This document shows positions 39,081 through 57,997 of a stretch of 64,000 nucleotides of DNA, in pieces (the first letter of the stretch is position 1; each line of letters starts with the position of its first letter). This stretch comes from Octopus vulgaris (Eukaryota), in contig OX597815.1 of the NCBI GenBank assembly GCA_951406725.2, forward strand, positions 14,074,001 through 14,138,000, read 5' to 3'. The notes beneath the pieces were generated by a model. It did no database searches. It was not told where the DNA came from and saw only the letters and a list, made by a program, of their open reading frames with translations. The translations under genes and the position numbers were made by a program.

Positions 39081-39299
39081 CCCTTCTTATGCCGACCTCG
39101 GAAGGAAGAAAAGTAGTTTTGAACTCGACGGAATTTGAAATTGTAATGTAAAGGACTGGAACAAATAGCACGTTTTCAAGACCAATTCTGCAAATATCCC
39201 CTTGATATTGAATAAAACCTGACCTAGATATCACATTCTTCTCCAAATATGACAGGTTTATTTCCATTACATTCTATATCACGTGTCACTCCCATAGAT

Positions 39300-40310
39300 G
39301 TCGATGATTAAGGAACCTTCGGTTCTGTAGACAAATTAGAGTGTTGCTAGGTTTGTTTCCTGTAGCCAGCTGATAAGGCCATCTTGAATTTTTCTTTTTC
39401 TCTCTCCTCCAGCATCTTCCTTTCAGTTTCCCTGTTGTGAAACATTAAAGATTTTGTCTTCTCATACGATTCGCAATGTATTTAACTTCTTAATTTTTAA
39501 TGTTGCTAACATGTTTTTTGGTATTTTCTGTTCATTTAAAGAATTCACTATAAGCCTTTACACATGTTTCTTGATTTTCACGATCGCAGAACCATATTTT
39601 AGGATGAATTATATTTATTTTCCTAATATTCATTTCCTTATTCTTATGAATCGCCATCTACCGAATAATATGAGATTATATGTCATCAATATCAGCCTTG
39701 CCCTGTCAATTTTTTTTTTATTTCATTTCTCTGCGGCTTTTCCCATCAGATGTAGTCATGGTTCTCAAATACTTAAAGTTATTAACTTGTTTCCAACTTG
39801 TTCTATTAATGGCTATATTGCAAAGTAAAAGTACATTCTTGACGATTGTGATTTCGCTTTTTGGCTCAGATGCAATTACACTTACATCATTTTTACAGCA
39901 CTAAATATTGCAGTTATATCCTTCACCGTTAATGCTATAAGGAATTAATGCTATAAGGAATGTGTTTTCTCTATAATGGTAACTGTCGATATTTTGTCAT
40001 CTTATCAATATAGCTAATAGTTGTTGAACAGATCAATCAAATACTTCGATATATAATGAAAACAAAGCTGGTAACAACATACGACCCTGTTGCACGCCTC
40101 TTTTGATCTTCTCATGCTGTCCTATTACATTTCTAGTTCAGATTACTGAATATTCCACTTTGATTTATCATTTTAATGTTTTCGGACTTTATTATTACAT
40201 CAAATGCTTAGGCGTATTCAATGAAATATATGTAGATGTTTATACCTCCGTTGCACGACCATTGCTTTTCTCAGAATGCGCATTAGTGTTAGGTAATACT
40301 CTCTGCTCGA
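39300..40310 (-). mobile_element. Old RTE-like LINE RT relic
   Basis: Minus strand reads GVQQGRMLLPALFSLYIE (about 40040-40098) and FKYLRT (about 39760-39780). Heavily decayed. Confidence 0.6.
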
Positions 40311-41699
40311 TTACAGTTAGCCGTGAACTTGATCACTTGCTCAGCTAGAAATAGTAACCAAATCTCTCTTAAACCAAAAGGAAAATATTGGATAATAACT
40401 ATTTTTTTAATGTAATCGATCGTCAGTCTGCTCCCTCAATGTTAACCTTTAGCTAAAGAATCATGAGTCTCCACAAAAACGGCGTGATCACATAAGTAAA
40501 CATATTCAGTTAATATGAAGTGAGAAGCTATACTCATATTGCCTGAGTCACGGGTAGCTTCGATTCCAATCATATATATAAAATTAAAAAATTTAATGCA
40601 GCATATTCCTAGATATTCTCCTGTAAATAATTAAATATTCGTAATAAACTTATACAATAAATTGAAATGCAAAATCCCAATTGTTACGTCCATACGGTCA
40701 TCTTTCTCCTATAAATTTATCATTTTCGTCCCCTGTTATCATAATATAATATTGGTTTCAAATTTTGACACAAGGCCAGTAATTTGGGAAAGTTGGGTAA
40801 ATCTATTATATCGACTCAAGTGATCAACTGGTACTTATTTTATCGACTCCGAAAGGATGAAAGGGAAAGTCGACTTCGGTGGAATTAGTCATCAAAGTAT
40901 TATATCAGCAGTCTAAATTAAACTGGAATACCCTACAAGCTTTGTTAATTGTAAGTGAAATGGTAACTATGTTACTCAAACACTAACTTCAGGGCACGCT
41001 GTAATACAGTGTATGTATCTAACTATTCATAGACATTGTCCTATCTTTGGTGATTTATAAATAAATAATTCATAAATTCGTAATTTCATTTATGCTATAA
41101 TTATAATATAATTTTATATCATTTGGCTATAATCACATCATATATTCATGTGCGTATATTTGATGAATATATGTTTAGAAACGACGTGCTAATAGGACTT
41201 GTTGGATAAACTACAAAGTTTTTATCTTTATGTTGCTCTTTCTCTCACTTTTCCGCCAAAGAATGAACTGAATAACAACGCAGCTACTCTAACCCGTCAT
41301 TTGTAGGCTTGACAAGATTATTAAGTTCATCTGATTTACATTAATAGAAAAAAAGTTAGAGTGTGAATCAGAGACGCACAGACAGACACACACTAAACAA
41401 ATTAGCTTTCATCTACATTTCAAAAAGGGCTACGCTGCCTGAACTTAACTTATTTCCAACGTTTGCGCACTTTTACTAGTATACTTAATTCTAATTAATC
41501 ATAGCTAAATTTTCTATGAAAATAAGCACAAGTTAAGTCTGTCCTTTTTAAAAATACTTCTAAACTATGTATTCTACATATTGAAAGTATGCGATAAGCA
41601 CTTCTCACAAAAAACACACAACTGGTGACACTGTCCAGTTCTTCTCCGGCTGGAAACTACTCTCCTGAGAGTGTCCCAGAGATTAACCACGATGTGTAT

Positions 41700-42418
41700 A
41701 TGCATAATAGGGCTAAACTGATGGTAATTACCCATACTCCTTCACCTTGCAACAAACACATTTCCCTAAGATGGTTTTGAACGAGGATATCATCTTTTGA
41801 CTACATTATATAATCTTCTTAGTAAATAATTTTATGTAAGATCTTATAAAAGAGGGGTTTCATCCTTATGGATTAACTATCACCTCAACGTAAGCATTCC
41901 TCCTCTACTTTCCGGTTTGTTTCTTTCACGACTCCTAAAATTTATATTTCCTATATGTATGACAACTATTGTAGTTTAACGCCAACATCAAGTATTTTAT
42001 TTCTTGCTGTACAATCTCCACATGATGCATATACTATATTTTTTTAAGTATTAGTAATTGTATCCTTTCCAAACTTTTGCCTGCAAACTTCTGGCACAAT
42101 CTAAATAGTAAAATACATTAGATGTTGCCAAATACGGCAGTAAAACAAAGTAATATTGTTTTCGAGTACAAGGAACGGAATTGGCAATAAAACCCTACCT
42201 CAGTTCCCGATACACAATACGATCGAACTGGTAGATCGGTAACACATTGGAAAATGCTTTTTGATATTTACTTACATTCCTATCCGTTTTGTATTCAAAT
42301 CCTTCAGGGATCGACTTTACCATTCATCCTCTAAGTTTATTTAAATAGATATCGTTAATTCTTGAATAGATAAATCGATGATAGCATTCTCCCAAATTTG
42401 ACACATTTTGCCTACGAT

Positions 42419-42481
<63 letters not shown>

Positions 42482-43330
42482 AGTCTATATTTGTTGAAGG
42501 CTCAAATAATTCTGAAGTCGATATTGCATTCCATCTATCTAGGGACCAATAAAACATATATCTGACCAAAAGGCATAGGCTGTAAGAATTGATATTTTTT
42601 CCAGAAGGAAATGTTTTGTGGTAGAATGCTTCCATTCTGTACATATCGGTTCCTTTCTTGCACAGTTATGTTAGGTGTGATTCAATTTTGCTGTGCAGAT
42701 TTTACCTGAGTACTTCGTTTAAAGTTTATGTGTTAATCTGGGTCATTTACACTCGAATTCAAGGAATAAGTTATTCAGGTGCCTGAAGGAATTTTATATT
42801 CATCGTCTAAATCGCTGGAAGACCCGTCTACATTTCTACATTGACCATACGAATTTCAGTTTCAACTTTTTACGTTTTCGGAATAGTTACAATCAATGCC
42901 AATCAGAAACTAGCATTGATCTAATTAAGTTAATGAAGTGGCTATCCAAACTTGACAAAACTAATTTTATGTTTTTTATACTTCTGAAATAAATGTTGAA
43001 CTGGTAGAAATGTGATAGGAGATTAGTACATCTGATACAAATCATAACACGGTATCTATCAATATTTCTTTGTCGTGTTGATAACATATACATTACAAAA
43101 TAGCATGTGCTTCAACTAATCAAAAATAATGTATTTGCTAATTTATCTACAGTGCATACACCAATAATATAGAACTTTAATTGGAGTCTGCCGTTTTCGA
43201 TGATGGATATTCAGTTGTTCAATCAACTGTTCTACTTATTGAATTACTATGTCATTTGCTGAGGACTCCAAAGCCGTGGGTACTTTGACATCATTCTCAT
43301 GTAGCATCGTTGTTGCAAGGGACCACTTCA
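41700..43330 (-). mobile_element. Possible very old Penelope-like relic
   Basis: Only faint LDD-like (about 42800) and NIVYASCGDC-like (about 42010-42045) motifs. Confidence 0.3.
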
Positions 43331-45397
43331 AGTTATAGGAACAATCCATCTAGGCTTTTAAGCAGTTTCCACTTATTCAATTGAAAATAATTGGTTGGCC
43401 TCAGTATATGGCAAAATATACTTGCCCATTCTGTTAAGCATCGGATCGAAACGGGACTATCATGACTGTGCAGTGAACGTCTTAACTCTTCGACAATTAT
43501 ACATCCATAATCTGCTAATATTGGTTTCGAATTTTGGCACACGGACAGCAATTTCCGGGAAGAGTATAAGTCTATTACATCGTTTCCAGTATTCAATCAG
43601 TACTTATTTTATCGGCCCCGGAAAAATGAAAGGTAAATTCAGCCTCGGCAGAATTTGAAGTTAAAACGTAAACCCAGCCGAAATACCGCTAAGCATTTGG
43701 CGCTGCAAAGTAAAGATTCTGTCAGCGTGCCGACTATAATTTGCTGATATTTGTAACGTAAATATATTATATATTCCAAAAAGGTACCGGCGTTAGCTTT
43801 AATTAAAAAACAATTCTGAAATAAAGATTTGTCAACAGGCAGTTAAAAATATATATGTTGATGAACATTGATGAAAAACTTTATTCTGCCGGTTTTATTC
43901 TTTTAATTTAATGAACCTTAACGAGTGGTTAATAGTTTCCTTCTAAACATAACTCCACACTAAAACATTTTATGAGGAATTTCTTGACTTTCATTGCTTA
44001 ACCATCAAAAGCTAACACAGACTGAAAAATAGAAAAATCAATTGAAAATTATTGTGTATGTGTCTGATGAATGTTAGGTTCATTAAGGGGTAGAACCCTT
44101 GCATTCGCAACATGTTATGGCAGGGGAAAAGCTCTGTTTTCGTTCATTTAATGTGCTGCATGTAAATTAAGGATCGTCTCTTAGAAAGGCAGAACAAGAA
44201 AATACAAAGATCTAAACATGAATCAATGAATGATAATGGCTTCAAATTTTGGCACAAAACCAGCAATTTTGGAGAAGAAGATAAGTCGATTACATCCACC
44301 GGATATGTTGGTGTGAATTCTGGCTCGTTAGCATAAAGAATTGCCAGTTTCAACTATATAGTTCCTCTTTCCTGTAGAACGGGTTATGCAATATATTGAG
44401 TTTTGTGTTTTACAATACATGTTTGCATTTATTTTGAATGTGTGCCCACTCTTAAATTTTATTTGGATGTTTTCCTCTCAATATTTGTAGATGGGGTTAC
44501 TGCAGATCCCATATCTTCTATCTCCACATTCTTTCACAAAGAATACGGTTTCATTCTCTGATAAGAATTTAGATCATGACAGTTGTTTTTTCAAGTTTTT
44601 CTCTTGGCGTCTAATGTTTCTTATGCGGTATTTGTTTAATAAGTTTCCCATTTTGGGGCTTTGTAGGACCATTGGTATGTTTGATTGTAGAATTTGAAAC
44701 ATGCTGGTAACTCCAGTGTTACCAACGTGCCAGAATGCCTAAGATATAGGCATATGTGTCTGTGTGTGTATTTATATACACAAATAGAGATATTCTTACA
44801 TCTAGGTTTTCCAACCCATACCGGTATGGGAATCAAACATTGGATAATAATGATGATGAAAATAAGTCCAGCGAATTTTTTGAAAAATAACTTTCATTAT
44901 TCCCCATCAAAACAGAGCCCCCTTAGAATAATCACCTGGTCTTGCTATTTGCACAGACCAAGAATCAACTTGTCATATTCTATTGAAAGAACTGTCCAAC
45001 TGTATAGATGTAAATACATGTTTTCTTCATTTTTCTTTCTTCTTTCCTTTCTATCCTATTTTCCATTGACATTAAGACAAAACATATTTTTTTCATTTTG
45101 AAAACATTTTTCTTTCAGATCCCCTGGTGAGCTGGTCGAACCAAAGTAAACATATGTTCCAGCCACCTACGTAAAAATATTCTTTTCTTTATCTCCAGTT
45201 CAAAACATTTCCTTTCAGGCACACGCACACACACACGCACGCACACACACTCACAAGCACAAACACACACAAATACACACGTTCTCTCACTTTCTGCCTC
45301 CACTATCTGTCCATTCCCCTCCCTCTTTTCCTACGCTTTACACTCCACACTATTCTTTTTTTCTCCCTCTCTCTCTCCATCCCAAACCATTCACTAA

Positions 45398-45796
45398 TCT
45401 TTATATATAAAACTGAGGTTGTGTGCTGTCTGTCTCCTACGATTTAGATTCCTAACTACTCCCATATTTTGCGGTGCAGTTTAACCAAAACCAGGTATCT
45501 TATAGTCGTGATTCATATCGAGCCCTTCTGGGTATTAGCGCGCGTCTACGATGAGTCTACGATTAAAAAAAAAATTACCATGCTTTTTTCCATTTTAATG
45601 CATTTTTTCGCTATTATATAAGGGAAGTAACTCTCTAAAAATGTCTACGATGAGTCAACGATTTAAAAAAAAAATTTACCATCATTTTTTTTCCATTTTT
45701 AATGCATTTTTTGCTATTTTTTGGCTATAACTCTCTAAAAATGCTTATGTTGTTATTTCCCTTACAAACCCGAGCAACGCCGGGCGATACTGCTAG
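45398..45796 (+). mobile_element. Non-autonomous mini-Helitron (399 bp)
   Basis: 5' end A^TCTTTATATATAAAA. 3' hairpin CCCGAGCAACGCCGGG, then CGATACTG CTAG^T. Internal duplication of about 100 bp starting GTCTACGATGAGTC. Confidence 0.85.
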
Positions 45797-45975
45797 TACT
45801 ATAAAAAGGAGAAATCCCTTCACACAATTTAAATCTGAAGAATCTATTAGAGTAGACGAAAATATATGATTTGTAAAAGCATAAGACATGTTAATAAATA
45901 TTTGAATATGTACAACCATCCAGATCACTAAATACCTTATTTGTTCTTTTATACATACACACACACACACACACA

Positions 45976-46051
<76 letters not shown>

Positions 46052-46623
46052 TTAGTTATTTTCTGGATAATTTTCGAATTGAAAAGCCGACATTTTTATT
46101 TACTGCCGACAAGGAGCTGCACTTTTCGCGGCAGAATTGAAAAAATAGAATGTATAAGCACGGAGCATATACCGGATTGCCTCGTGTATATGTTTAATCT
46201 AATGTGTACCTGCTGAAGAATACTTCGCCTAGAAAATTATTTTATTTGCGAAAAAAAGTCAGAAACCATGGTCTAAGATATAGATGGTAAATGTATATCA
46301 TTTTCGTTCCCTTCGAAGTTTTATCCCTAATAGTGGTTAGGAATTTAACAGTCCTTTTTAGCGTGCAAGGAGTCCTATGATGGATGCCTCTCATGTGTTT
46401 AAATGTACACTGTGTGTACATGCCTCTTATGTATACAATTTATTATATGTATATATGTACGACAGCCTTCTTTCAGTTGGCGCCTACCAAATTCATTTAC
46501 AAGACTTTGTTCGGTCCGAAGCTATAGTAGGAGACACCTGGCCAAAGTTCCACGCAGTGGGACTGAACCGAGGATCATATCTGTGGGAGGCAAGCTCCTT
46601 ACCACCACCATCCCACCCATTCC

Positions 46624-46662
<39 letters not shown>

Positions 46663-46935
46663 GTGTGTGTGTGTGTGTGTGTGTACATATATATATGTAT
46701 ATATATCGTTATTGCCGACAGGTCGATAGACATATGTAACACACTGCCTAAATACCAATCTTGAGAAATTTCGCTTCTCAAAACCAGAAAGGAGAAAGCT
46801 AATTCGAAGACTACAGAACCAATCAATCACTGGAACTGTAATACATCTCTAAAACTTCCCAGATGTCTATCATTTAACTATATAGATATGCAACTATATG
46901 CATGAGAATACATACCTAAAACATACAAATCTGCA

Positions 46936-47384
46936 CATACATGTATACATACATACATACATACATACATACATACATACATACATACATACATACAATA
47001 CATACATACATACATACATACATACATACATACATACATACATACATACACACATACATACATACATACATACACACATACATACATACATACATACATA
47101 CATACATACATACATACATACATACACACATACATACATACATACATACACACATACATACATACATACATACATACATACATACATACATACATACATA
47201 CATACATACATACATACATACATACATACATACATACATACATACATACATACATACATACATACATACATACACACATACATACATACATACACACATA
47301 CATACATACATACATACATGCATACATACATACATACATACATACATACATACATACATACATACATACATACATACATACATA
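46936..47384. repeat. (ATAC)n microsatellite
   Basis: Seen directly in the sequence. Confidence 0.95.
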
Positions 47385-47945
47385 CTAAGAAAAATTCCTT
47401 GCTGTTGATGTTGAAATTCGTGTGAAGAAGCCTTGGATCTCGGTTAGAAACCGATTCTTTTACTATTGGCCAGGAATCTTGAAGTAAACTGAAAAATGAC
47501 ATACAAACTTACGCGCAGTAAATATTCTTGGATAATATAGTGTTTCACTTTCTCGAATAGGTGCTAAAATCAACGTTAAAAATTAACAGATAAACCGAAA
47601 AATGCAAAATTGTATGGACTTTACTGTTCATCGTTTCTGTTACGGTAAAGTAAGGAAGCTAGAAAGTAGGAATATAATAGGGGTGGATTACTGTGAAATC
47701 CGTAGTAAAAAGGGCAAGAGAATGTTAATATCTGCGGAACTTGAATTCAGAATATAAAGATTTGAATCTAAATACAGCATGGCACCGTGGTCGATTGTTT
47801 ATTTTACTTTGAAAAAGTTTTTCTTTCAGACCTCCCCGATGAGCTGGCTGAACCAAAGTAAACATCTGGTCCAGCCACCTACTTAAAAATATTATTTTCT
47901 TTATCTCCGGTTCAAAACGTTTCCTTTCAGGCACACACACACACA

Positions 47946-47999
<54 letters not shown>

Positions 48000-48294
48000 T
48001 TCCATTTAACACAGACACAAGTGCTGATGTTTTATTGCAGTATACATACACGTAAATCCATGCATGAAAAATATATACACACACATGCACATACGCCCAC
48101 AGAGACACTCACAGACACAGGCGCGCACACACATAAACGCAGATACACGCACATGGACACACACACACACACGGAAACATAGACACTGAAAGAGATGTAG
48201 TATTGTATTCTTCCATTTGTCATTTGTTTTTCAGAATACTTCATGTGAAATTTTGTATCGTAAATGCATTAGAGTACGCGGGGAAAGTTACGCC

Positions 48295-48371
<77 letters not shown>

Positions 48372-48413
48372 TGATGATGATGATGATGATAATAATAATA
48401 ATAATAATAATAA

Positions 48414-48778
48414 AATGCTTTCTAATTGATGTATCAATACCGGCAGATGACAACGTGTCTCTAAAAGAAATGGAGAAACTTTCAAAGACCTGGAAATAGA
48501 GGTAACCAGAATGTGGAATCTAAAAACAGAAACACTTCCTATCATAGTAGGTGCATTAGGCATGATAAAAAAATATTCAGACAAATACATAACAAAAACA
48601 CCAGGACTTACAAACACATATAACATACAGAAAATTGCACTACTAGGTACTGCACAAATCCTACGCAGAACACTTTCCATACAATAACCATCACAACAAC
48701 TCACAGCACATACCCAAGGCACAGAGAGCTGCGCTCGGTAGTGAAGTGAAAGCACGCTATAAAAATAAAACTACTGAA
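48414..48778 (+). mobile_element. R4/Dong family A 3' end
   Basis: Near-identical to 2085-2463, with the same 5' truncation point (AATGCTTTCTAATTGAT). Flanked by (AAT)n. Confidence 0.9.
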
Positions 48779-48780
48779 TG

Positions 48781-48885
<105 letters not shown>

Positions 48886-49053
48886 GAAATGATGATGATG
48901 ATGATGATGATAATAGTAATAATAAATAATAATAATAATTATGATAATAATTATAAAAATAATGAGGATAATAATAATAATAAAAAAGATGATGATAATA
49001 ATAATAATAATGAAAATAATAATAATGATGATGATAATAATAATAATAATAAC

Positions 49054-49116
<63 letters not shown>

Positions 49117-49134
49117 CATTATTATTATTATTAT

Positions 49135-52100
49135 ATGTTTGACTTTGGCTTTATATTTCTACAAGTTGGCTCAAGTCTCACCCAGAGACCTCAAGAGACA
49201 ACAGGTTGGAAGTTCACGTTATTGTTATGCCTAGTGTGCCATATATTTGGTTGTTTTTTTGTGTTGTACTAGTGGATGTCTAAAAAAATTTTTTTAAATG
49301 TTGGTTTTAAACCTTGAGAATACATAGAGAGTATTTTGCGTAGGATATGAGCAGTTCCCATGAGCACTATCTTTTGAATTTCTGCCAATTTTGGGTTTCC
49401 TGGTATCTGAGTTAGGTAGCAATCAGCCTCTTTGCTATCATTCCCAGGGCACCTATGACAACAGGTATTGTTTTAGTCTTCAGGTTCCACATTTTGCTGA
49501 TTTCTATTTCAAGATCTTTATATTTGCTCAGTTTTTGGTAGGTCTTGACAGATACGTTTATATCGATTGGGACAGTCATATCAATGAGGAGGCATGTTCT
49601 TTGTTTGAAGTCTTTCAATATGATGTCTGGCTTATTTGCATCTATCTTTCTGTCAGTTTGAATGTTGAAGTTCCAGAGGAGTGAGATGTGGTCATTTTCA
49701 AGCACTGGGGGTGGTTTGTATTCCCACCACATGGGGCAAATCCAGGTTTTTGCAGATTACCCAGTGAACATATTGTGCATCTCTATCATGCCTGTTGAGA
49801 TACTCTGTAGGCGCTAGAATACTGCACTTGGAGACCACATGATCAATGGTTTCATTTTGTTGCTGACATACACGACATGTTGGACTACTGCTGATCTTTA
49901 ATATGTTGGCCTGGTAGTTTCTCGTTGGTAGGCATTGATCTTGAGCCGCTATGATAAACCCCTCTGTTTCAGATTTTAAGCCAGAGGCCATTAGCCATTG
50001 GTGGGTCGGGGCTTTGTCAACATCTGCATTATTCGCTCTCTTTGGGTATTTGCCATAGAGAGGTTTTTCTTGCCATTTATCATTCAGAATATCTAAGGCC
50101 GCAGATTTAGCACGGGTTTTTATGCGCTTAGCTTTTCTGTGCCTGTTTCTTGTATATCTATCTCTAATTCCGAAATTTGTTGTATTCGGAATTCACTTAG
50201 ATATTCCTTTGCCTGTTTTGTTCCTGAGTATGATGCTTTCTTGTTTTCATGTTTTGAGACAAGTTTTAACATCCAGTCCTCAGAGTTTTTCAGGTAGGTG
50301 TGTAGGCCAATTGTAGCAATCTTCATTGTTATTGCCAGTTGTAAAAGTCCACGGCCTCCCTCTTTTCTTGGCAGATAAAGTCGTTCTGTATCTGCCTTAT
50401 GGTGGTGCATTCTATGCATTGTTAACAGTTTTCGTATTTTTCTGTCAAGATTACATATTTCAGTAATTGACCAGTTAACGATATTGAAACTGTAGGTCAC
50501 GACTGGTATGGCTAATGCATTGATCGCTTCGATCCTGTTTCTCGCATTCAGCTCTGTCTTGAGTATTGCTCTTACTCTGCGATAACATTCTCTCCTGATC
50601 GTTTCCTTCATCTCAGAATGGCTTATTCCGTCTCCTTCAATTACCCCTAGATACTTGTAGTTCTCCGCTAGGTCTAATTCTTTTATGGTCAAGGTTAACG
50701 TTAGATGTTTCTGTCATTTTTCCTTTGATAAAGGTAGCTTTTGCACATTTATCGAGACCAAATTGCATTCTGATGTCATCACTGAATTGTTTGACAATCG
50801 CTAGTAAACCCTTGAGTTGTTGGTCATTTTTTGCAAAGAACTTTAAATCATCCATGTAAATGAGATGGTTTATATTTTTATCAAACATTTTATATCCGTA
50901 CTGCGCGTCATTGAGCAGTTTTGAGAGAGATCCTAAGGCTAAACAGAAGAGGAGTGGTGATAGTGAGTCACCCTGGAAAATGCCACATGAAATTTTTACA
51001 TCACCAGCATTTAGAGATTCATTGTCACTGTTCAAATTTAGTGTGGTTCTCCATGATCTCATACTTACAGACAAAAAGTTTCGCAGAGTAGGTGCTATCT
51101 TATACATTTCTAGGCATTTCTTAATCCAGCTATGTGGTAGGCTATCAAAAGTCTTTTCATAGTCTATCTAGGCTATTGATAAGTTTTTGTGTCAATCGTT
51201 TGCGACAATCTTCTATGATCATCTTATTGATGAGTAGTTGATCTTTACAACCGTAGGATCCACATTTACATCCTTTCTGTTCATTAGGGAATATGCTGGT
51301 GTCTGTCAAAAAACTATAGGTATATTCCGTCAGGACAGATGTTAATGTTTTATACATAGTTGTTAAGCAGGTTATGGGTCTATAGTTTTTTTGGTTCATT
51401 TGTTTCTTCACTTTTTGGAAGCAGGAATGTTAACCCATTAACTAGCCAAAGAGGCATCCTACTAGGGTGTTGCAAAACATCATTGTAAAGTTCTGTTAGC
51501 AGTTCATGGCTCCCTGAGAAGTCATTCAACCAGAAGTTAGGGATTTTATCCCTTCCTGGAGACTTCCATTTGCTTGACCTCCTGAGAGCAGATCTTATAT
51601 CTTCTACCTTGACACCCTCCCACTTTTGCTCTTCTAAGGAGTTCAGTTCTTTAGATATTCTATCAATCCAGGGGGCCTTTTCGCTGTGTGTTTTTTCTTC
51701 TGCTCAAATTTTATTCCAAAATCCCTGCACTTCTTCTTTTGATGGTACAGAATTTAGAGTAACTGGTGTTTTTGCTATCTTCCTGTAAAACTTTTTAGGT
51801 TTATTTTTGAACATGTTACTGTCCCTGAAGAATCTAACACGCTTTTCATACCTCGCTATGCGGGCAGCTTTTGCAGATACCTTTTGCTTGATAGTTTCTA
51901 TGGTGGCATCAATATCAAGTATAGTTTTCATATATTTTTTCATTAGTTTTGGGGTTTTTGTAGGTTTGGTAGTCTTATGAACCTTAAGGATTTTCAAATA
52001 TTCAATGTCAGATCGAAATAGTTTAATTTGTTGTTGCAATCGCTCTTGCCAAGAAGGCTTTTTGTGGAAATGTTGCCGTTTTCTAATCTTTTCACCACAT

Positions 52101-52556
52101 AGGATCGTTGAGATTTTCGCGGATGCATAGTATAGGTGGTTGAGATCTGTAATATCAACATCATTAGCTGAAATTATATCCTTAATTGCAGGCCGGATTT
52201 TACCAATTATTTACATGTTTTGGTTAGAGTTGCGGATTTTAGGGAGTGTATCACGTTCATCCATACTGGTTTCTTTAATTTTCAGCCATTCAATCATGAT
52301 TTGACTGTTTAGCTCATGTAGTTCTGTTGGGTCAGTATTTGTGTGACTTTCTTCATCTATTTGATGTTCATTTGTCTTAGTGTTTATGTTTGGTTCAGGG
52401 AGTATTTCACTTTGCCTATCACTTATACTAACTCTTTCAATCCTTACTTCGTTTTTATCAGCTCTGGGCTGGTCTATAATTATTTCCTCTGTATTATCTT
52501 CATTAGCTGCAGCTTAGTTCATTCGATACGTTTCTGCTTGTCTAATTTGGTCAATC
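49135..52556 (-). mobile_element. R4/Dong family B, near full length, frameshifted
   Basis: Consecutive ORF pieces: NYRPITCL, EQKG, GIFQGDSLSPLLF, YMDDLK, YKYLG, RLYLPRKEGGRGL, CRVC..HVVSKC..RHD, NKPDII..KYKDL. Confidence 0.95.
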
Positions 52557-53712
<1,156 letters not shown>

Positions 53713-53732
53713 TTATTTTTTATTTTTATTTT

Positions 53733-56680
<2,948 letters not shown>

Positions 56681-56744
56681 TATTATTATTAATTATTTAT
56701 TAGTCCAGTATTTATTATTATTATTATTATCATTATTATTATTA

Positions 56745-56779
<35 letters not shown>

Positions 56780-56783
56780 ATTA

Positions 56784-56827
<44 letters not shown>

Positions 56828-57229
56828 ACCACAAATAGTGGTTGTATTGCACTTAAATGTTAATACCAATGAACTATATAACTAATTAGTAAGTATATTT
56901 ATTAACCAATTGAGAAATTGGTTTATTAAAGCACATCGTCGCGTCTTGAGTCCTTATCGATGTAGAAGATCCCCCCCAATACTTTCTTGCTACCGCATAT
57001 TCTTTGTTCTTAGCTTTTTGCTCCATATTGGAAAAGGGAACTGCTCTCGTGGTTTGTTGTTTGCATTATATTTATATGTATGTGTGAATTTATGCTTTCA
57101 CAATCGGAGAGGTGATTGTGCTTGTGTGCTTTAATATATGGTGATGAGAGAGTATGCGTGTGTGTGCCGTGTATGGATATATGCATAAGTATACAGAGAG
57201 ATTTTCTAACTAGCTAGTTTACTTAATAT

Positions 57230-57286
<57 letters not shown>

Positions 57287-57407
57287 GATTTAATCCTAAA
57301 TCTAATTTTTCGCTGTAAGTTTGGATTTACTCCCTAATATTATTATTATTATATATATATATATTTTCCCCTCTGTCTTCCCTTCTCTGGATCTTTCCTT
57401 TTCCTAT

Positions 57408-57442
57408 GTTTCCGACGAAGAGCTCCGCTCGAAACGTAAAAC
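57408..57442 (+). ncRNA. Minimal (Penelope-type) hammerhead ribozyme motif
   Basis: GTTT - CCGACGA - a GAGC tcc GCTC - GAA - ACGT (palindromic stem III) - A | AAAC, within a short repeat flanked by (TA)n. Confidence 0.65.
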
Positions 57443-57997
57443 CCTCCTTCTTTCCTTCTCGCCTGAGCGTCCAATAATACTATATTTGTTCCACGTCCTC
57501 GCGTTGTTGTGTTTTTTTGTGCATCTTGTTTGGATTAACTATATATATATATATATATATATATAAATCAGTAAATAGTGGGGTTGTGTTGACCGCAGGT
57601 GGAGAAATGATAGGAGAGGAAAAATTATAATAAGGCAGAATGCTAAATTGAAAGTAATCTCATTTTTCATACACACATTTTTATTAAAATTTGCTTTCAA
57701 TTTAGCATTCTGCTATTGTTGATGTTTTTGTTGCTGTAACTGTTCATGTCTCGTTCTTGTTAATTTCTTCTTATTCTGTCAAGTGGTTTGTGGCTTGTGG
57801 TTCATTTTATTTTCATTTTATCCTTCAAGAATCTTGCAGAGACAAGAAAAATTTACTGAGCTAGCAGCAGCATGACAAAATACGTAGCTCGCTTTTCTCA
57901 AGAAATTAATAACCAATCGACAACGCTACGCCATAATGAAAGAAATTTCCTCCAAAATCTACACGAATCCAATGAACTCAACAGTAAAATGTATTAT

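Noticed and set aside
44064-44116. Hammerhead-like CTGATGA..GCAACATGTT
   Set aside because: GAAA is mutated to GCAA and stem I pairing is poor. At best it is a dead relic.
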